Assembly: GCA_039794005.1 (NCBI GenBank)
Contig: JBAMMA010000017.1
Coordinates: forward strand, 1-64,000
Source of the DNA: Thermoplasmata archaeon
GTDB taxonomy: Archaea > Thermoplasmatota > Thermoplasmata > Thermoplasmatales > ARK-15
DNA length: 64,000 nt
Direction: 5' to 3'
In this document: positions 8,767 to 18,984 of the stretch, piece by piece
Layout: each line of letters begins with the position of its first letter
Position numbering within the stretch: position 1 is the first letter of the stretch
Program-made: the position numbers and the translations under genes
The notes under the pieces: model-generated
What the model was told of the DNA's origin: nothing
What the model saw: the letters and a program-made list of their open reading frames with translations, nothing else
The model's database searches: none

Positions 8767-10089
8767 ATGAGAAATGTGATAATAATGGGTGCAGCTGGAA
8801 GGGATTTTCACAATTTCAACGTTTTTTACAGAAATAACAAGGATTACAACGTAGTTGCATTCACAGCAACACAGATTCCAAACATTGAAAATAGAAAGTA
8901 TCCTGAAGAACTTGCAGGACAAAACTATCCAAATGGTATACCAATATATCCTGAGGAGGAATTACCAGATTTAATAAAAAGATTAAAGGTAGATGAGGTC
9001 GTATTTTCATACAGCGATGTAAGCCATGAATATGTAATGCATAAAGCAAGCATAGCAATATCGAACGGTGCATCATTTAAATTACTTGGCCCTAACGATA
9101 CCATGTTGAAAAGCAAAAAGCCTGTTATATCAATATGCGCCGTAAGAACTGGCTCAGGAAAAAGCCAAACAACAAGGAAAGTCTCTGAAATTTTAAAAAA
9201 ATTAGGAAAGAAAGTAGTGGTAGTTAGACATCCAATGCCCTATGGTGATTTGGTAAAACAGAAGGTTCAAAGATTTGCAACATTTGAAGATTTGGATAAA
9301 TATCAATGCACGATTGAAGAAAGAGAAGAATATGAACCACATTTGAGAAATGGAACCGTTGTATATGCAGGCGTTGATTATGAGGCCATATTAAGGGAGG
9401 CGGAAAAGGAGGCAGATATTATATTATGGGATGGGGGAAACAATGATTTTCCGTTCTTTAAACCCGATCTACACATTGTAGTTGCAGATCCTCACAGAGC
9501 TGGACATGAGATGAAATATCATCCAGGTGAAGTTAATTTTAGGATGGCAGACGTAATCATAATAAACAAGGAAGAAACGGCCCCTAAAGAGGGGATAGAT
9601 ACAATTAGAAAAAACATTATGGAGGCAAACCCAAGTGCAATTGTGATTGATGCTGCCTCGCCGTTCTTTATAGAAGGATATGAAAAAATAAGGGGTAAAA
9701 AAGTATTGGCAATAGAGGACGGACCAACGTTGACACATGGCGAGATGACATATGGTGCTGCAGTCTTAGCAGCTAAAAAATATGGTGCGGCTGAATTAAT
9801 AGATGCAAGGCCCTATGCGGTTGGAACAATCTTAGAAACATATAATAAATATCCTCACATAAAGAATTATCTTCCAGCAATGGGTTACAGCGAACAACAG
9901 ATAAAGGATTTGCAGGAAACAATAAATAATACGCCTGCAGACATTGTGGTATCCGCAACACCTATAGATTTGACAAGAATCATGAAAATAAATAAGGAAA
10001 TTGTCAGAGTAAGATATGAATTGGATGAAATTGGTAAACCGGATCTGGAGGATGTATTAAAAAATTTCCTAAAGACAAAAGGATTATAA
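8767..10089 (+). CDS. P-loop cPGS-related 'GTPase'; probable arginine synthetase (ArcE type)
   Basis: N-terminal MGAAGRDFHNFN, AFTATQIP, P-loop AVRTGSGKSQT, RHPMPYGDL, EEREEYEPH, WDGGNND, EDGPTLTHG. Strong AGGAGGT SD. Confidence 0.75.
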   Translation: MRNVIIMGAAGRDFHNFNVFYRNNKDYNVVAFTATQIPNIENRKYPEELAGQNYPNGIPIYPEEELPDLIKRLKVDEVVFSYSDVSHEYVMHKASIAISNGASFKLLGPNDTMLKSKKPVISICAVRTGSGKSQTTRKVSEILKKLGKKVVVVRHPMPYGDLVKQKVQRFATFEDLDKYQCTIEEREEYEPHLRNGTVVYAGVDYEAILREAEKEADIILWDGGNNDFPFFKPDLHIVVADPHRAGHEMKYHPGEVNFRMADVIIINKEETAPKEGIDTIRKNIMEANPSAIVIDAASPFFIEGYEKIRGKKVLAIEDGPTLTHGEMTYGAAVLAAKKYGAAELIDARPYAVGTILETYNKYPHIKNYLPAMGYSEQQIKDLQETINNTPADIVVSATPIDLTRIMKINKEIVRVRYELDEIGKPDLEDVLKNFLKTKGL

Positions 10090-10473
10090 ATGCCATTTTT
10101 AACAGGGGAAGAGGCATCAATAGCTTCTTCTCTTATAGTTATTTTTTACGGTATTTATAGTGAAAGAGGGATAAATTCTACAAGTGTATTTTTTAACATG
10201 CTTAATTTTTTGATCGTCCTATCTACCATAATTATTCCATTTTCAATTTTCATGATTCTTCTTGCCTATACATTATTTGGATTCGTTGTATCTAAACTTA
10301 AAACAAAATCTTTCTATTTCATATTTTCATCAAAAATTTATGGTTCTTTGATGTTCGTACTATCAATATTTTTTGTTTATCCAAAATATTTTAATAATGT
10401 ATTATATGTTTTATTTGCCTGGTTTATGATATCCTTAATAGTTTACATAGTATACATAGTGGTGAAAAGATGA
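10090..10473 (+). CDS. Small membrane protein (about 4 TM), unknown function
   Basis: Hydrophobic 127-aa ORF starting immediately after the preceding stop codon. Confidence 0.7.
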   Translation: MPFLTGEEASIASSLIVIFYGIYSERGINSTSVFFNMLNFLIVLSTIIIPFSIFMILLAYTLFGFVVSKLKTKSFYFIFSSKIYGSLMFVLSIFFVYPKYFNNVLYVLFAWFMISLIVYIVYIVVKR

Positions 10474-10706
10474 AAAAGAATCCTATAGAAGATATAATAA
10501 ATAAAATAATATGGACTAAAAAGGATGCTAAAATAACTGTAGAAGACAGAATGATAAAGGAAAAAATAAAGATAATTGATTCCAATGATATTATGAAGGC
10601 TGGCACAGACTTTTTATTTTTAAAGGATGGTACAATGATACCTTACCATAGGATTATTGAAATCAAGATTGGTGATAATATAGAATATAAAAGAAGTGAA
10701 AAATAA
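10470..10706 (+). CDS. DUF504/MJ1316-like small protein (predicted RNA-repair-associated domain)
   Basis: Signature DIINKIIW...EDR...IPYHRI. Confidence 0.8.
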   Translation: MKKNPIEDIINKIIWTKKDAKITVEDRMIKEKIKIIDSNDIMKAGTDFLFLKDGTMIPYHRIIEIKIGDNIEYKRSEK

Positions 10707-10707
10707 T

Positions 10708-12414
10708 ATGGATGGTGAAAAATATTTTTTAAAGCTCAAAAATTCGATAATGAATTCACCAAACATATATTTGCTTTTGGGAATATTATACGGTATTTCG
10801 ATTATTTATGAGATAATTGTAAGATTAGATTTGATAAATTTTATCATACTATACATTTTACCAATTACATTATTAATAATAATTGACAAATTGATTTTTA
10901 ATTTTTCAAATATATATTTTCCAGTTAAAAGAGCAGTGTTTTTTGAATTTGTTGTTTTTATTATAATATTTGGTATATATCTATTATTTTCCATATTTTT
11001 CCTCAATAACATAATGATTTCATTGCTTTTTGCATATTCTTCCTTGCCATTTTTTAGGTTTATGTTTTTAAAACCCTTTATAGATAAAAAGGATATTTAT
11101 GTAGAGATTATTTCCATATATCAAGCATTTATAATATCACTTATAATATTTTTATTAAAGATCAATTATTTATATATAATACCATTTATATTTTCATCCT
11201 TTCTATTTGTATTAATTTCAAAATTATTTATTGACTATATATCAAGGGAATTTAAGAAAACATATAATTTAGACCCTGTAAAATATGTGGGATATTATGT
11301 TAATTATTTGGCAACTCGTTCTATAAACGATATGATACTCTTAAATTCTTTTATGATAAAGATGTATTTATATTCAAATTTAAAGATTGATTGGATTGTT
11401 GTTGAAAAAAATGACAAAAAATATTCTATATTATTTCCGCAGGTTCATCCTGGCCCATTTGTGGAGGTGGGATGCAGCAATTTACCACATAGATTGAAAT
11501 CATATCTTGATTTTGAAGATTTGATTGTTTTTCACACAACCGTAACAAATGACCAAAATTGTGGTGGAGAGGATGATATTAAAAAAATTGCAAATATAAT
11601 AAAAAATAATAAATCAAGATTTAAAAATACATACACAACAGATTTTTTCAGATATTCAAACGATATAGATATTCTGGTTCATGGAATCAATGATACTTTA
11701 ATCGTTACACTTTTACCTACAAAATATGGTTTTGATGATGTAAAGATCGATCTTGGAAATTTTATATCCAAATATTTAAAAGGTGAGAAATTCAAAAAGG
11801 TTTTCGTTGTAGATTCACACAACTATTTTGATGAAAGTTATGATGCATTGTCTAAAATAGATAAAAATATATTGGATAAAATAAAAAATGATTCAAAAAA
11901 ATATGATTTAAAAGAAACCAAGATAGGAATTTCAAAAATTTATTTAAAAAATAAGAGCATAGGTCCTGAAGGAATATCATGCATTTCATTTAGATCCAAG
12001 AAACACTTTTGCTATATTGTAATAGACGGAAATAACATGGTAAAAGGTTTGAGGGATGAAATAATCAGAGCTGGGAAAGAATATTTTGATGACCTGGAAG
12101 TATTTACAACGGATAACCATTATACAAATTATAACCCGAAAGATCTAAATCCTGTAGGTAGTGAAAATCGTGAAGAAATAGTAAGAGCATGTATAGAAGC
12201 AATGAAAAAGGCGATTGAGAATGAATCTGAGGCAAAAATTTCAATAAATTCAAAAACAACAAACATAAAAATTCCAGGAGAAAATTACATGAATAAAATA
12301 AGTGAAATAGTCAAAAATATGGTAAATAAACTAAAATATTCCATAATTATAGTTATTCTGACGTTCATCATTGTATTTATAATTTTTAAGGTGACATTCT
12401 ATTTCTTAGGTTGA
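10708..12414 (+). CDS. DUF2070 family membrane protein (predicted neutral-ceramidase-like hydrolase)
   Basis: N-terminal TM bundle followed by VHPGPF, FHT, DSHN, DGNNM, TTDNH and a C-terminal TM helix. Confidence 0.8.
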   Translation: MDGEKYFLKLKNSIMNSPNIYLLLGILYGISIIYEIIVRLDLINFIILYILPITLLIIIDKLIFNFSNIYFPVKRAVFFEFVVFIIIFGIYLLFSIFFLNNIMISLLFAYSSLPFFRFMFLKPFIDKKDIYVEIISIYQAFIISLIIFLLKINYLYIIPFIFSSFLFVLISKLFIDYISREFKKTYNLDPVKYVGYYVNYLATRSINDMILLNSFMIKMYLYSNLKIDWIVVEKNDKKYSILFPQVHPGPFVEVGCSNLPHRLKSYLDFEDLIVFHTTVTNDQNCGGEDDIKKIANIIKNNKSRFKNTYTTDFFRYSNDIDILVHGINDTLIVTLLPTKYGFDDVKIDLGNFISKYLKGEKFKKVFVVDSHNYFDESYDALSKIDKNILDKIKNDSKKYDLKETKIGISKIYLKNKSIGPEGISCISFRSKKHFCYIVIDGNNMVKGLRDEIIRAGKEYFDDLEVFTTDNHYTNYNPKDLNPVGSENREEIVRACIEAMKKAIENESEAKISINSKTTNIKIPGENYMNKISEIVKNMVNKLKYSIIIVILTFIIVFIIFKVTFYFLG

Positions 12415-12935
12415 TCTGTGGAATATTCATCACTTTTTGCAATTTCCTTTATTCTGTTTATTCCGTCGATTTCATCGATTACCTTTATGACTTCTTTTGT
12501 TACCAATTCCTGCCAATTTTCATCATGTATCATTCTTCTTCTAATTTCCTTGCCTGAATATATATCCCTTCTATAAAGTTCGGGCATTATTACCTTATAC
12601 CCTTTCTCCATAAAGAGCCTTTTAACAAGCGGGTTTGCTGAATATACAACGTTGAAAGGAGGTGCAATAGATTCTACATGTGCAACCCAAAGTGCATTTC
12701 TATAAATATCTTCTATCGGAACTAAATAAAAATTATTTATATTTCTAGATTCCAAAGAATTTGCGATCATTAAATGTCTTTCGCCAGCTGTAAAAGGATT
12801 TTCAACCGTATGGGATTCCTGTGCACTGCCAATTCCGATAATTATATAATCATGTCTTTTAGAAAGGTCTTCAATTATTTTTAAATGCCCTAAGTGAAAT
12901 GGCTGAAATCTTCCTATTATGAGAGCTCTCATCAT
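12399..12935 (-). CDS. nadM: Nicotinamide-nucleotide adenylyltransferase
   Basis: GRFQPFHLGH, GSAQESHTVENPFTAGER, SGKEIR. Start moved to ATG 12935 (or 12932). Confidence 0.95.
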   Translation of the reverse strand: MMRALIIGRFQPFHLGHLKIIEDLSKRHDYIIIGIGSAQESHTVENPFTAGERHLMIANSLESRNINNFYLVPIEDIYRNALWVAHVESIAPPFNVVYSANPLVKRLFMEKGYKVIMPELYRRDIYSGKEIRRRMIHDENWQELVTKEVIKVIDEIDGINRIKEIAKSDEYSTDQPKK

Positions 12936-13053
12936 TTGATTAAAAATAATTAAAAATAAAATTCTATCGTCAAAATGATCAATTTTATAAAACATTTAAA
13001 AAAGAAATAATAAAGTTTTTAAATTGTAATTCATTAAACAGCATGGTGACCTT

Positions 13054-15141
13054 ATGACAGCAGATTCGTTTATGCTTTATTTCGTGTTTATTGCTGCAAT
13101 CGTTGGTCTGATATATGCATTTTTACAAGCATACCTGATATTGAGAGAGGATGAAGGAACTGAAGAAATGGTGAGGATATCCAATGCAATTAAGGAAGGT
13201 TCTTGGGCATTTATGAAAAGGCAATACACAACAATATCCATCGTTGCGATTATACTTTTTATCATAATTCTCATAGTTTATTACATATCTCAGAATAGTA
13301 TCATGGAAGCTTTTTATGTAGCACTTGGATTTGCTGTTGGTGCATTTGGTTCTGCAATTTCAGGTATAATCGGCATGTATATATCAATAAATGCGAACGT
13401 AAGAACTGCAAATAAGGCAAAGGATGGTCTGAACAAGGCCTTCTCATTGGCCTTCAGAGGGGGTTCGGTTACAGGATTGACAGTTGTAAGCGTTGCATTG
13501 CTTGGATTATTCATCTTTTACATATGGCTTAGGAATCCTCAGGAGATGGTAGGATTTGTATTCGGGGCATCATTGATTAGTTTGTTTGCAAGGGTAGGTG
13601 GAGGCATTTATACAAAGGGGGCGGATGTTGGTGCTGATCTTGTAGGAAAAGTTAGGTACGGGATTCCTGAAGATGATCCAAGAAATCCAGCAGTCATTGC
13701 TGATAATGTAGGAGATAATGTAGGTGACTGCGCAGGAATGGGTGCTGATCTTTATGAAACATATGTAGTTACAGCATTATCATCAATGTTACTGGCATAC
13801 ACAATAGGTTTGTCAATCAAGTATGTAATATCCCCTCTTATAATAGGTGGAATTGCTATTTTATCAACTCTGATTGCAATTCCATTTGTGAGGATTGGAA
13901 ATAATAAATCTATAATGGGTGCACTTTATAAGGGGGTAATAGTTACAGTAATTGTATCGGCAATAGGATTCTTCTTGATTTCATATTATTATATAAATGA
14001 TCTGAATATATTCTATGCATCGATAACAGGATTGTTAATTATGCTATTTATGGTATTCATAACAGATTATTATACAAGCTATAAATTCAATCCTACAAGG
14101 AAGATATCTGAAGCTTCCAAGAGTGGGACAGGAATAACAATTATTACAGGCCTAGGTTATGGACTTGAGGCATCATTCCTGCCTGTTATTGTCATTTCAA
14201 TAGGCATTTTATTTTCATTCTTTATATTTTCGGGCACATTTTTAACAGGATATTTGTTACAGATTGGCAAATATGGAGTGACAAACATTGAGGCTGGGAT
14301 ATATGGTATATCTGTAGCCGCGGCATCTATGCTTTCAGTCGCCGGGATGATTATCTCAATAGATTCATACGGACCTATTACAGATAATGCGGGAGGAATT
14401 GCAGAAATGGCAGGACTTCCAAAGGAAGTGAGAGATGTAACTGATCCTCTCGATGCAGTAGGAAATACAACAAAGGCCATAACAAAAGGATATGCCATTG
14501 GTTCAGCCGCATTAGCATCTTTATCATTATTTGCGGCGTTTTACCAAATAGCTGCTGATCATAATTATACATTCTTTGATATAAACAATCCATTGGTTTT
14601 GGTAGGTCTATTGATTGGTGCAACATTGCCATTCTTCTTCACGAGTTTCTTAATGAAAGCGGTAGGAAAAGCTGCATATTCGATTGTTCAGGAGGTAATA
14701 AGACAGTTTGACACAATAAAAGGTTTAATGGAGGGAAATGCAAAGCCTGAATATGACAAATGTGTTGACATAGTAACTAAAACAGCATTAAAAGAATTGT
14801 TATTCCCTGGTATAATAGCAGTTTTGACACCACTTGCAGTTGGATTCATTTTAGGTCCTTATGCCCTTGGAGGATTGCTACTTGGAGTTATATTATCAGG
14901 ATTTGCACTTGCTATACTTATGACAATAAGTGGTGGGGCTTGGGATAATGCCAAAAAATACATTGAACTAGGAAACTTTGGTGGAAAAGGAAGTGAAGCA
15001 CACAAGGCCGCAGTAGTTGGAGATACCGTAGGTGATGCATTAAAGGATACAGCAGGACCAGCGATAAATCCTTTGGTAAAAGTAGTGAATACAATATCGA
15101 TACTGTTTTTAATGGCAATAATTATGTTTCATATTTTATAA
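13054..15141 (+). CDS. hppA: Membrane-integral H+-translocating pyrophosphatase, K+-independent type
   Basis: GGIYTKGADVGADLVGK, EDDPRN, DNVGDNVGD, DNAGGIAEM and GNTTKA (Lys at the K+-determining position). Confidence 0.95.
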   Translation: MTADSFMLYFVFIAAIVGLIYAFLQAYLILREDEGTEEMVRISNAIKEGSWAFMKRQYTTISIVAIILFIIILIVYYISQNSIMEAFYVALGFAVGAFGSAISGIIGMYISINANVRTANKAKDGLNKAFSLAFRGGSVTGLTVVSVALLGLFIFYIWLRNPQEMVGFVFGASLISLFARVGGGIYTKGADVGADLVGKVRYGIPEDDPRNPAVIADNVGDNVGDCAGMGADLYETYVVTALSSMLLAYTIGLSIKYVISPLIIGGIAILSTLIAIPFVRIGNNKSIMGALYKGVIVTVIVSAIGFFLISYYYINDLNIFYASITGLLIMLFMVFITDYYTSYKFNPTRKISEASKSGTGITIITGLGYGLEASFLPVIVISIGILFSFFIFSGTFLTGYLLQIGKYGVTNIEAGIYGISVAAASMLSVAGMIISIDSYGPITDNAGGIAEMAGLPKEVRDVTDPLDAVGNTTKAITKGYAIGSAALASLSLFAAFYQIAADHNYTFFDINNPLVLVGLLIGATLPFFFTSFLMKAVGKAAYSIVQEVIRQFDTIKGLMEGNAKPEYDKCVDIVTKTALKELLFPGIIAVLTPLAVGFILGPYALGGLLLGVILSGFALAILMTISGGAWDNAKKYIELGNFGGKGSEAHKAAVVGDTVGDALKDTAGPAINPLVKVVNTISILFLMAIIMFHIL

Positions 15142-15205
15142 ATCCTTTTTACTTTTCATTTATTTTCAAGAAAATTTTAAATAATTTATGTTACTAAAAG
15201 TTGTT

Positions 15206-15514
15206 ATGTTTTGTCCAAAATGTGGATCATTAATGCACCCAAAAGGGGGAAAATGGGTTTGCTCAAAATGTGGTTATGAAATGGAAATTTCAAGAGAACA
15301 GAAAAATGAAAGGATTGTTGAAAAAGCAAAAGAGAAAGAGGTAATAATTTTAGAGAATGAATTGTCCGTTTATCCAATTGATGATTCCCAAATATGTCCT
15401 AAATGTGGTAATAGGGGAGCATATTATATGGTAAAACAGACTAGGGCGGCTGATGAACCCGAAACCAGGTTCTTTATATGCACTAAATGTGGATATAGAT
15501 GGAGGGAATATTAA
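15206..15514 (+). CDS. tfs: Transcription factor S (TFS/RpoM family)
   Basis: Two Zn ribbons (FCPKCGS..CSKC; CPKC..CTKC) and the acidic hairpin QTRAADEP. Confidence 0.93.
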   Translation: MFCPKCGSLMHPKGGKWVCSKCGYEMEISREQKNERIVEKAKEKEVIILENELSVYPIDDSQICPKCGNRGAYYMVKQTRAADEPETRFFICTKCGYRWREY

Positions 15515-15521
15515 AAAATAT

Positions 15522-15941
15522 TCAATGGTAATCCAGAAATTCGTTTTTCTTTACCATTTTATTGTTGATCTGCTGTATAGGCAATGGGACAGGAGGTGGT
15601 AATCTTATCTCTTTACTTATTATAACACCCTCTATTGTACAGGTATTTACTATGGCCGCAAATATTTCACCGGTGTATTCATCCGGAGTGTTTTTTTGCC
15701 TTTTTAATGATTCCTGTACCTTTTCTATATCACCTTCATATATCAGTTGTCCCTCCATGTTTATAATGCCAATATTCACATAGTTTATTGTAAATCTAAA
15801 ATCGATGTATGCATTGTTTTTGTCGATTGGTCTTACACTTATAATAGATGCATTACTTTCAACCCTAATTTCGATCGGTGGATTTTCTCCTTTGAAAAAT
15901 TTCTTTGCTTCTATGCTGGTTAAATCAAACATCTTTATCAT
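15522..15941 (-). CDS. Conserved-looking hypothetical protein, possible SecB-like fold
   Basis: Beta-strand-rich N-half, then a helix and LPPPVPLP. GTGA SD before ATG 15941. Confidence 0.6.
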   Translation of the reverse strand: MIKMFDLTSIEAKKFFKGENPPIEIRVESNASIISVRPIDKNNAYIDFRFTINYVNIGIINMEGQLIYEGDIEKVQESLKRQKNTPDEYTGEIFAAIVNTCTIEGVIISKEIRLPPPVPLPIQQINNKMVKKNEFLDYH

Positions 15942-15946
15942 AGATA

Positions 15947-16468
15947 TCACAAACCATACCATTTATTTATTTTATAACCTTTTGTAACAACATTTGTTGA
16001 AACCTTCTGAATTCCTTCCATTTTTAATTCATTGTCCATAAAATCCTGCATTTCCTTCATTGATATAAAAAGTGCCTCCAAAAGAAGATCATATTCACCA
16101 TTGATTCTGTATATTGAAATAATCCATGGATTAATTGATAATTTTTTTGCTATTTCATCAATTTTTGTTTGATCCACCTTTATTTCAATGTATGTTTTGA
16201 TAGAATTCTCAATTGCAGGAACATTCACTAAAACAGAAAAACCTAGAATTATGTTTTTATCAATCAAATTCTTGATTCTCCTTCTTACAGTAGCTTCACT
16301 TATTCCCAACATATTTGCTATTTCCTTATTAGATATTCTGGCATCATTTCTTAACATGCATATTATTGCAATATCAATTTCATCAATTGGTAATAGATTG
16401 TGTGGTATGTGAGACCACCTATCATTAATATCACATTTCATCTTTTCATACAATTTAGAGACATCCAT
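15947..16468 (-). CDS. Lrp/AsnC family transcriptional regulator
   Basis: HTH IDEIDIAII..L..DARIS..EIA..LGISEATVRRRIKNL and RAM domain GEYDLL. Confidence 0.92.
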   Translation of the reverse strand: MDVSKLYEKMKCDINDRWSHIPHNLLPIDEIDIAIICMLRNDARISNKEIANMLGISEATVRRRIKNLIDKNIILGFSVLVNVPAIENSIKTYIEIKVDQTKIDEIAKKLSINPWIISIYRINGEYDLLLEALFISMKEMQDFMDNELKMEGIQKVSTNVVTKGYKINKWYGL

Positions 16469-16516
16469 GATTCGTCAATATGAATAAATTATATAAAAAT
16501 TTTTATTCGATATACG

Positions 16517-17449
16517 TCAAACTGAAGATATTTTTGGGATATTTTTTTCTTTTTGCAATAATACTACCCTGCTATCCTCTCTTTCATCCATTATGTAATA
16601 TCCTGTCAATTCTGACAACTTTTTGGAAAATTCCTTTATTTCCAAATGGGTTGGCATATTTTCCCTTGTCATTCTCTCCCTTGAATAACCTACGTAAACA
16701 TATCCTTTGGGTTCTATGAAATGAGGTTCAGCCTTTAAATCCAATTTTGCATATTCTTCAACATATTCTAAATTCCAATTTTTCACCAGAGTATGTCTTA
16801 TTACCTTTCTGGTATTTAAGGATGGTAATAATTCAAGAGTTTTATTCAATCTCTCCCATCCTTTTGGAATCATTGGTGAGAGTAATTTTTTGTATATTTC
16901 TTCATTTGGTGCTGCTACTGTAATATACAGTTGAGTTGGCAATGGATCTAGGTTTTCCAAAACTTCAGGCATTGTTCCATTTGTCACAAGAAAGGTTGTT
17001 ATTCCCCTTTTATGATATTCCCTTATAAGATCTCCCAAATATGGATACAATGTTGGTTCTCCAGTCAGTGAAATTGCCACATGCTTTGGTTCTTGTGCCT
17101 CAATGAATTTTTTCCGATCCGTTTGTGGATTTCCCCCATATCCAGATATCAATTTTCTTTGCAATTCTATTGTATTTTCAACAATCTCCTTTGGATCGTC
17201 GGGATTTTTGATGTAAGTTTCATTAAATGCTTGATATCTCCAGCAGAACAAGCAGTTTTGAGTGCATTGATTAAATGCGGGCGTCATTTGTATGCATCTG
17301 TGTGTTCTAATACCATAAAATGTTTCTTTATAGCATGGCCTATTATGCAAAATACTCTCTCTAAACCAATGGCAAAGCTTAACAGCAGAATTTTCCCCTG
17401 CAAAAGCATAGCCCTGTTTCTTAAATATTAATTTTAATGCCTCATCCAT
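16517..17449 (-). CDS. taw1: 4-demethylwyosine synthase (radical SAM, TYW1/Taw1)
   Basis: VKLCHW, CYKETFYGI.THRCIQMTP, CTQNCLFCWR, ISLTGEPTLYP. Confidence 0.95.
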   Translation of the reverse strand: MDEALKLIFKKQGYAFAGENSAVKLCHWFRESILHNRPCYKETFYGIRTHRCIQMTPAFNQCTQNCLFCWRYQAFNETYIKNPDDPKEIVENTIELQRKLISGYGGNPQTDRKKFIEAQEPKHVAISLTGEPTLYPYLGDLIREYHKRGITTFLVTNGTMPEVLENLDPLPTQLYITVAAPNEEIYKKLLSPMIPKGWERLNKTLELLPSLNTRKVIRHTLVKNWNLEYVEEYAKLDLKAEPHFIEPKGYVYVGYSRERMTRENMPTHLEIKEFSKKLSELTGYYIMDEREDSRVVLLQKEKNIPKISSV

Positions 17450-17570
17450 TTTCTCAAGAAGATCTATATCCTCTTACAATTTAAAATTTTTCACATATAG
17501 TTTTATATCGACAAAATTCATATACTTGGTAAATTTTAAGGTTTAATACATAACAGTAAAAGTGATTAAC

Positions 17571-18059
17571 ATGGCAGAGAAAAAATCAAAAGAACAAAAG
17601 GAACAAAATAAGGATTTTAAATATATTGTTAGGCTTGCGAATACAGATATAGACGGAAATAAAATAGCTGTTTATGGATTAATGCAAATAAAAGGTATTG
17701 GGTATAGGGCAGCCGAAATTTTATTAACAGCTGCAAACATACCGAAGACAAAAAAGGTGGGAGAATTTACTGATGAAGAGATAGAGAAGCTAAAAAACAT
17801 TTTGAATAATCCGGGAGAATACATGCCTGGATGGGCTGTAAACAGGCAAAGGGATATTTATACGGGTAAAAATTTACATTTAATAGGATCTGATTGGGAC
17901 CTTTCCGTTAAAAATGATATTGATTTGATGAAAAAGATAAGGTCCTATAAAGGAATTAGGCATGAGAGAGGATTACCTGTAAGGGGACAAAGGACAAGGT
18001 CAAACGGTAGGGTTGGATTGACAGTTGGTGTAACGAAGAAGAAAGAGGTGAAGACCTAA
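17571..18059 (+). CDS. rps13: 30S ribosomal protein S13 (uS13)
   Basis: IKGIG, SYKGIRHERGLPVRGQRTRSNGR. Confidence 0.97.
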   Translation: MAEKKSKEQKEQNKDFKYIVRLANTDIDGNKIAVYGLMQIKGIGYRAAEILLTAANIPKTKKVGEFTDEEIEKLKNILNNPGEYMPGWAVNRQRDIYTGKNLHLIGSDWDLSVKNDIDLMKKIRSYKGIRHERGLPVRGQRTRSNGRVGLTVGVTKKKEVKT

Positions 18060-18601
18060 TGGGAGACCCTAAATTTCCGAGAAAAACATATGAAAGGCCA
18101 AGAAGGCCTTGGGAAAAGGAGAGAATAATTTCTGAGAATAAAATATTAAAAGAATATGGATTAAAGAATAAAAGGGAATTATGGAAAGTTCAGTCTATAT
18201 TAAGGAAATACAGGACAATAGCAAAGAAATTACAGGCATCTCTCAGATATGGGGATCCTCAAGCCTCAAAGGAGTTAAAAAACATTATAAATAAATTGGT
18301 TAAATTGGGTATTCTATCTGAAAATGCCTCTTCGGTGGACGATATTTTAGCATTAAATATACAGAGCATTTTGGAGAGAAGATTACAGACGATAGTTTAT
18401 AGAAAAGGTTTGGCAAACACACCAAAACAGGCAAGACAGTTTATTGTTCATGGTCATATTATTGTCGGGGATAGGGTTGTTTCCATACCATCTTACCTAG
18501 TGAAAAAGGATGAGGAAGATAAAATAAATTATAATCCATTTTCACCTTTAAGCAATGAATTACATCCTGCAAGACAAAAACCTAAGGAGGTGGCCGAATG
18601 A
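18059..18601 (+). CDS. rps4: 30S ribosomal protein S4 (uS4)
   Basis: [37 protein letters not shown]. Confidence 0.97.
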   Translation: MGDPKFPRKTYERPRRPWEKERIISENKILKEYGLKNKRELWKVQSILRKYRTIAKKLQASLRYGDPQASKELKNIINKLVKLGILSENASSVDDILALNIQSILERRLQTIVYRKGLANTPKQARQFIVHGHIIVGDRVVSIPSYLVKKDEEDKINYNPFSPLSNELHPARQKPKEVAE

Positions 18602-18981
18602 GTAAAATTGCGGTTGTTCACATATTTTCATCCCACAATAATACAATAATAACGGTTACCGATATAACGGGGGCAGAAACACTTGCCAAAGCATCTGGTG
18701 GTATGGTTGTAAAGGCTGATAGAGATGAGGCTTCTCCCTATGCTGCTATGAAAGCTAGCGATATTGTAAGTGAAAAATTAAAAGAAAAGGGGATAAGTGA
18801 AATAATAATTAAGGTAAGGGCTCCGGGAGGTAGCAAGAGTCACATACCTGGACCTGGTGCACAAGCGGCAATAAGGCAATTGACTAGGGCAGGGTTTAAA
18901 GTTCTAAGGGTTGAAGATGTTACACCAATACCACACGATGGTACAAGAAGAAAAGGTGGAAAGAGAGGGAGAAGGGTCTGA
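18598..18981 (+). CDS. rps11: 30S ribosomal protein S11 (uS11)
   Basis: [33 protein letters not shown]. Confidence 0.97.
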   Translation: MSKIAVVHIFSSHNNTIITVTDITGAETLAKASGGMVVKADRDEASPYAAMKASDIVSEKLKEKGISEIIIKVRAPGGSKSHIPGPGAQAAIRQLTRAGFKVLRVEDVTPIPHDGTRRKGGKRGRRV

Positions 18982-18984
18982 ATT

